Origin: an uncultured Mycoplasmatota bacterium
GTDB lineage: Bacteria; Bacillota_I; Bacilli_A; RF39; UBA660
Assembly: GCA_900546715.1 (NCBI GenBank)
Contig: UREA01000002.1
Location: 20,050 to 84,049, forward strand
Direction of reading: 5' to 3'
Length of the DNA: 64,000 nt
The translations under genes were made by a program, and so were the position numbers. The notes beneath the pieces are model-generated. The model ran no database searches. It was not told the origin of the DNA and worked only from the letters and a program-made list of their open reading frames with translations. Positions 58,906 through 64,000 of the stretch are shown in pieces; position 1 is the stretch's first letter; every line of letters begins with the position of its first letter.

Positions 58906-60631
58906 AATCTTCCTTTAATAATTCTTCTAATTTTTCAATATCCTCTTTTAGTATGTTAAAGCCTTTATTAAAGATATTTATATTAGATATATTAATTCCT
59001 AAATCTTTTAATAGATCAAGTGAATATTTACTACTTCCAGACTTTAAAAATGTAATATAACTATCTAATTTAATAGTATTATCTAAAATTCCATTTACTA
59101 CAATACTTGCTAACATTAGTCCTGTTGCATATTTATAGGAATAAAAAGCATATCTATACAAATGGCCTAATCTCATCCATTCATATTTTGCTAAACTATC
59201 ATATGCAACTTGATTTCCATAATATCTTTTAATTAAGTTATAATATATATTTGATATATTATTACTAGTTAATCTATTATCATTCTTTAAAACATATAAT
59301 CTTAATTCTAATTCTGTATATAAAGTTTGTTTAAATACAGTAGTAAAATAATTTTCTATTTCTTTACTCAAATAAAATATTTTTTCTTCTTTAGTTTTAG
59401 CATTATTATATAAATATCTATTTAATAATATTTCATTAGTAATTGATGCTATTTCTCCAACAAAGATGGTACTATCCTCATATATAAATGGTTGATTTTG
59501 TTTAGATAAGTAATAATTAACTATATGACCTAATTCATGAATCAAGTTTTTTAAATCATTATATGTACCTTTATAATTTAAAAATGAATATGTGTTCCAA
59601 GAAAAGGTAATCGATTGATGTTTTTTATTATCAAAACTAGCATCAATATGTCCATCAAGTAATATATCAACTGCTTTTAAATATTCATCCCCGAGAGGTT
59701 TTAAGGATTCTTTTATAATTTTTATAGCATCTTCTAAACTATATTTTGGAATATTTTCGCTTAAATTAACTCCGAAATCATATAGGTGTGGTTTCTTTAT
59801 TTTTAACTTATTAGCTTTAATATTCAAATAATTTTGGATTAAAAATAAATGATTATTCACACTAAGTATTAAATTATCAACTATTTTTGAATCTATTTTT
59901 TCTTCAAATAGTACCTTTTCTAAAACAGAATTATATTTTTCTAATTTTATATTTTTTATTCTTAAATTATAAATATTATCTAGTATAGTAAAATATTCCT
60001 TTGCTTTTTCTTTATAAGCACTATCTACATTAATAAAAGTTTGTTTTCTAATATCTCTATTTTTAGAATTTAAATATTTGCCATAATTACTAATATTTAA
60101 ATCTATTTTTTCATTATCAATTACAATATTATTAAATTGCATATTATGTAGCAATTTATTATAATCCGTTAAATATTTATTAATTAAATTATTGTTATTT
60201 ATTAGTTCATCACTTTTTATAATATGTTCTTGCTTTCTAAATAAATTATCAATATATAATTTATATTTTTCTAATTTCTTATTTTCTTGATACATTTCGT
60301 TTATTTTATCATTACCGAAATTTAAAATAATATTATCCACAAATTGTAATTTATAATTAATTTCGTTATTAAAATTTTCAACTTTTTCTTTTATTTTAAT
60401 AGTATCTTCATTATTCACATCTTTATAATATTTAAATGAACCATAAATTAAAATATTATTTGTTACCTCTTTTATTTGCCATGCTTTTTCTAATAAATTA
60501 AATAAACTAAAAGAATTATTTACTTTAATTTTATTTAATTTATCAACTTGTTTTGTGATTTTTTCAATTTCATGACAACAATCTTTTTCACTTTTAAACA
60601 AATCATCTAAATTCCATATTAAATTTGCCAT
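58898..60631 (-). CDS. pepF: M3B oligoendopeptidase F-like metallopeptidase
   Basis: HELGH zinc motif (IHELGHIV). About 577 aa from MANLIWN after GGAGA. The longer track ORF would overlap the tmRNA and its terminator. Confidence 0.75.
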   Translation of the reverse strand: MANLIWNLDDLFKSEKDCCHEIEKITKQVDKLNKIKVNNSFSLFNLLEKAWQIKEVTNNILIYGSFKYYKDVNNEDTIKIKEKVENFNNEINYKLQFVDNIILNFGNDKINEMYQENKKLEKYKLYIDNLFRKQEHIIKSDELINNNNLINKYLTDYNKLLHNMQFNNIVIDNEKIDLNISNYGKYLNSKNRDIRKQTFINVDSAYKEKAKEYFTILDNIYNLRIKNIKLEKYNSVLEKVLFEEKIDSKIVDNLILSVNNHLFLIQNYLNIKANKLKIKKPHLYDFGVNLSENIPKYSLEDAIKIIKESLKPLGDEYLKAVDILLDGHIDASFDNKKHQSITFSWNTYSFLNYKGTYNDLKNLIHELGHIVNYYLSKQNQPFIYEDSTIFVGEIASITNEILLNRYLYNNAKTKEEKIFYLSKEIENYFTTVFKQTLYTELELRLYVLKNDNRLTSNNISNIYYNLIKRYYGNQVAYDSLAKYEWMRLGHLYRYAFYSYKYATGLMLASIVVNGILDNTIKLDSYITFLKSGSSKYSLDLLKDLGINISNINIFNKGFNILKEDIEKLEELLKEDYV

Positions 60632-60687
60632 AATATTCTCCATTTCATAAAATAAAAATCCCGTACTTACGGGAGTTATAAACCTTA

Positions 60688-61044
60688 TGGTGGAGTAGAG
60701 GAGAGTCGAACTCCTGTCCAATATGTTCTATTATACAATATCTACAAGTTTAGGTAGATTTTGTTTGTCCTAATTAAATGGCTCTACACCAACCTCATAA
60801 TTAGTAAGTTTAGTAAATTTCGATATACTATCCTAAACAAATAATATATTATATCTTATATTTATGAACCCCTAGCTAAACCTATAAGAGAAATTTAGTA
60901 GAAGTGCTCCCTTACCTACTAATTAGGCAAAAGCAGGAGCGAAACTGTAATTAGTTTCGTCATTTAATTTTAGGTTTGCACTTAAGGTATGCCGACCACT
61001 TGCAATCATATCTAGTTACATATGTCGAAACCATGAACTACCCC
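60688..61044 (-). ncRNA. ssrA: tmRNA (SsrA)
   Basis: 5' GGGGTAGTTCATGGTTTCGAC and 3' GGACAGGAGTTCGACTCTCCTCTACTCCACCA tRNA-like ends. Internal tag reading frame GAC GAA ACT AAT TAC AGT TTC GCT CCT GCT TTT GCC TAA. Promoter TAGACA-17-TATAAT (61055-61083). Terminator CCCGTA-AGT-TACGGG plus U-run. Confidence 0.9.
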
Positions 61045-61089
61045 ATACAACATAATTATAACAAAAAATTCTCAATTTGTCTACTGTTT

Positions 61090-62094
61090 TTAACAAATGT
61101 TCGCACTTGATTCAGCATTTAATGAATAATCCGCAAAGTCATGTTTTAAATATAGAGGATATGCAGCAGCACCAATCATGGCAGCATTATCTGTACAATA
61201 AATAAATTCAGGAATAGAAAGTTTAGCATTATTTTCTTCAGCTATTCTTTTTATTTCGCCCCTTAAATATTTGTTAGCAGATACTCCTCCTGCTACTATT
61301 ATATGCTTTATACCCGTATTTTTAAGGGCTAAATCAACTTTCCTTGCCAGTTCATCTACGGCAGTAACCTGAAAACTACATGCAAGATCTGCTTGTCTTA
61401 TTTCATTACCTCTCTGCGTCTCATTATGAACTAAATTAATTATATAACTTTTTAAACCACTATAACTAAAGTTATAAGTATGATCCATTACAGGTTTTGG
61501 CAAATCATATGTAGGTTTACCTTGCAAAGCTAATTTTTCAATTCCAGGTCCTCCTGGATAAGGAATATTTAGAATTCTAGCTACTTTATCATAAGCTTCT
61601 CCAATTGCATCATCTAGGGTTGAACCTAAAAGTTCAAAATCATAATCATCTTTCATAATTACAAGTTCGGTATGTCCACCACTTACAACTAGGGCAAGTA
61701 GTGGAAACTCTAATTTATTATTTATGGCATTAGCATAAATATGGCCAATTAAGTGATTCACTTTAATTAAAGGCTTATTATAAATGAATGATAATACTTT
61801 AGCAAATTCAATACCAACAAGTAAGGAACCAAGTAAACCTGGTTTATAAGTTACAGCAATAGCATCAACATCAGCTACACTCATATGAGCTTTGTTTAAA
61901 GTATCTTCTAAAACCATTGTAATATTTTCAGTATGCATTCTTGATGCAATTTCTGGTACTACACCCCCAAATTTAGCATGTGTATCCATTTGGGTTAAAA
62001 TAGTTATTGCTATAACCTCACTACCATTTTTAACAATAGCAATACTTGTTTCATCACAACTTGTTTCTATCGCTAATATATATACATCTTTCAT
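61090..62094 (-). CDS. tsaD: tRNA N6-adenosine threonylcarbamoyltransferase
   Basis: 334 aa. ILAIETSCDETS N-terminus and GHIY / GGVSAN motifs. Confidence 0.93.
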   Translation of the reverse strand: MKDVYILAIETSCDETSIAIVKNGSEVIAITILTQMDTHAKFGGVVPEIASRMHTENITMVLEDTLNKAHMSVADVDAIAVTYKPGLLGSLLVGIEFAKVLSFIYNKPLIKVNHLIGHIYANAINNKLEFPLLALVVSGGHTELVIMKDDYDFELLGSTLDDAIGEAYDKVARILNIPYPGGPGIEKLALQGKPTYDLPKPVMDHTYNFSYSGLKSYIINLVHNETQRGNEIRQADLACSFQVTAVDELARKVDLALKNTGIKHIIVAGGVSANKYLRGEIKRIAEENNAKLSIPEFIYCTDNAAMIGAAAYPLYLKHDFADYSLNAESSANIC

Positions 62095-62520
62095 TTAACC
62101 GCCCCATTTCATTAAATAAGCATCAGCATTATTATAATACTTTCTTCTCACATTTACTACTTTAAAATCTAATTTTTTATACATATTATACGCCGGAAAA
62201 TTATCAGTAGATACCTCTAAAGTAATTGTTTTATTTTCTGCTAGTTTTATTAAATATTTAATTAAATTTGTTCCAACATGTTTACATCTATCACTTTCAC
62301 TTACATAAATACTTAATAAATCTATGTTATCCCCAAAATCAAGAGCATATAAATAGCCATTAACCCCATATGCACTAACACTTACCAAAACTATTGCTAA
62401 AGCACTATCTATTTCTGTTTCAATATGAAATGTTTTAACAAAATTTTCGTGTAACTTACTACCTAAATTATTTATGGCTGAAATATCTTCTTTAGTTGCT
62501 CTTCTTATCAAGTTCCACAC
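62095..62520 (-). CDS. rimI: GNAT acetyltransferase, RimI-like
   Basis: 141 aa, in the conserved position between tsaB and tsaD. Confidence 0.7.
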   Translation of the reverse strand: MWNLIRRATKEDISAINNLGSKLHENFVKTFHIETEIDSALAIVLVSVSAYGVNGYLYALDFGDNIDLLSIYVSESDRCKHVGTNLIKYLIKLAENKTITLEVSTDNFPAYNMYKKLDFKVVNVRRKYYNNADAYLMKWGG

Positions 62521-63052
62521 CTATTTTTTTGATATATACTGGTTTTACTTGGTGAGCATTTTCAGGTTCTCTAGTCTTTAAAAACTCATATATTTTTTCA
62601 GCATCAACATTATAATCTAAAGAATATGTATTATCTTTATTAAGTTTAGCAAATTCTTCATCGGAAACATAACTATAATCACCAATTAGAGTTTTATTAT
62701 CATCAAATACTCCAACATAGTAACCATTGTTATCACTAAATGCTACATGATTTTTTTTATTACTTACTGCCATAACTTCTAAAGCTGTAATAGTCTTTAT
62801 CGGAATATTTAGAGTATAAGCTAAAGTTTTAGCAATCGTTACTCCCAGACGAACTCCCGTAAATGATCCTGGTCCATTAACAACTATTACTTCATCTAAA
62901 TTTATGTCATCAATCACTTTAACAATGCTTGGAAATATGTATTCACTATTATTTTTTTTGTTTTTAATCTCTTCTTTTTTAACAACTAATCCGTCATGCA
63001 ACAAAACAATTATTATATCCCATAAATGTGTATCAATAAATAATGTATTCAT
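62492..63052 (-). CDS. tsaB: tRNA threonylcarbamoyladenosine biosynthesis protein TsaB
   Basis: 186 aa. GPGSFTGVRLG motif. Confidence 0.85.
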   Translation of the reverse strand: MNTLFIDTHLWDIIIVLLHDGLVVKKEEIKNKKNNSEYIFPSIVKVIDDINLDEVIVVNGPGSFTGVRLGVTIAKTLAYTLNIPIKTITALEVMAVSNKKNHVAFSDNNGYYVGVFDDNKTLIGDYSYVSDEEFAKLNKDNTYSLDYNVDAEKIYEFLKTREPENAHQVKPVYIKKIGVELDKKSN

Positions 63053-63504
63053 TATAATACCGCACTACAAAGTTCTTCGTATTCTTCACCATATGGCGTA
63101 AATACTAACACTCTAGTATCTTCATCAATTACTTTAAATTTAATTTCTAATCTTTTCTTAGGAAGTTGTTTTTCAATGAGGTCCGCCCATTCGATAATTG
63201 TAACTCCCCCTTTATTAAAGTAATCTTTAAACCCAATTCCTTCAACACTATCTTCTAGTCGATATACATCCATGTGATAAAGAGGTAATTCTCCACTATC
63301 ATATTCTTTTATAATTGTAAATGTTGGACTAGTTATTGTATCTTTTATTCCTAGGGAAGCTGCAAATCCTTTAGTAAATACAGTCTTACCACTACCAAGT
63401 TCCCCAATAAGGCAAATTACCATATTAGGAAATTTTTCACTTTCAATATTTTGGGCAATTGTTAAAGTATCTTCAACTGACCTTGATGTAAATTTATAAT
63501 CCAT
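63052..63504 (-). CDS. tsaE: tRNA threonylcarbamoyladenosine biosynthesis ATPase TsaE
   Basis: 150 aa. GELGSGKT Walker A and HMDVYRL motif. Confidence 0.88.
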   Translation of the reverse strand: MDYKFTSRSVEDTLTIAQNIESEKFPNMVICLIGELGSGKTVFTKGFAASLGIKDTITSPTFTIIKEYDSGELPLYHMDVYRLEDSVEGIGFKDYFNKGGVTIIEWADLIEKQLPKKRLEIKFKVIDEDTRVLVFTPYGEEYEELCSAVL

Positions 63505-63603
63505 TTTTAATCACCTGTATTCATTATAAATTAAAAAAATTAGTTATACAAGACAAAGATAACTATTTTACATATATTTTAAAAGATTTCAAAGCAAAAA
63601 AAA

Positions 63604-63712
63604 ATAGGCAACTTCCTATCTTAGCATTACACTATTGTCGGCGTATTAGGTCTTAACTTCTCTGTTCGGGATGGGAAGAGGTGTATCACCTAAGCTATCG
63701 TCACCTATAAAG
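63604..63712 (-). rRNA. rrf: 5S ribosomal RNA
   Basis: Minus strand contains GGTGACGATAGC...CCCATCCCGAACAGAGAAGTTAAG. The terminal helix ATAGGTGAC/GTTGCCTAT fixes the ends to within a few nt. Confidence 0.85.
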
Positions 63713-63765
63713 GATTTTGTCCTTTAAAAAACAGATAATGCACACATCAAATAGAAATATATAAA

Positions 63766-64000
<235 letters not shown>

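Noticed and set aside
60632-60721. N-terminal extensions of track ORFs. These include pepF into the tmRNA, eno 13582-13635, rplK 26858-26926, sipW 44572-44682, AAA 36611-36643 and the paralog at 37930-37986.
   Set aside because: Better-placed start codons with Shine-Dalgarno sequences and canonical N-termini exist downstream. The extensions would overlap RNA genes, terminators or promoters.

Overview
This is a very AT-rich chromosomal segment from a low-GC Bacillota bacterium. It uses the standard genetic code: TGA ends rpsG, Trp is TGG, and all core genes are intact under code 11. FemAB, LysM, SipW-type signal peptidase, a Phe T-box and a tmRNA tag ending in AFA suggest an Erysipelotrichales or Mollicutes-related lineage, but that placement is inference only. 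The backbone is almost entirely on the minus strand: recG, pyruvate:ferredoxin oxidoreductase, enolase, rplK-rplA-rplJ-rplL, rpsL-rpsG-fusA-tuf, an [FeFe]-hydrogenase operon, a P-type Ca-type ATPase, a ttcA-like gene, pheST with T-box, tRNA-Cys, a MarR plus two-gene ABC exporter operon, pepF, tmRNA, tsaE-tsaB-rimI-tsaD, 5S rRNA and the 3' end of 23S rRNA. Several accessory insertions interrupt this backbone. (1) The strongest candidate for a new system is an AbiD/F-type double-HEPN gene. It has a promoter-driven terminator-hairpin leader RNA whose loop is complementary to a hairpin spanning its stop codon. (2) A translationally coupled pair, a COG2509-like FAD protein plus a compact RlmN/Cfr-like radical SAM enzyme, is bounded by 108-bp direct repeats. 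(3) An AAA(DUF4143-like)/TtcA-like operon is bounded by 25-bp perfect direct repeats, with a 33-bp tandem array on one side. (4) Two paralogous XRE/FN3 surface-protein modules carry different C-terminal domains. (5) A zinc-ribbon-HTH-DUF4065 (Panacea-like) gene sits next to tuf. (6) A holin/endolysin/LysM cluster has no phage structural genes. There are also two promoter-to-terminator small RNA candidates flanking recG, and ribosomal protein L11 carries an unusual acidic tail. No CRISPR array, transposase, integrase or reverse transcriptase was seen.
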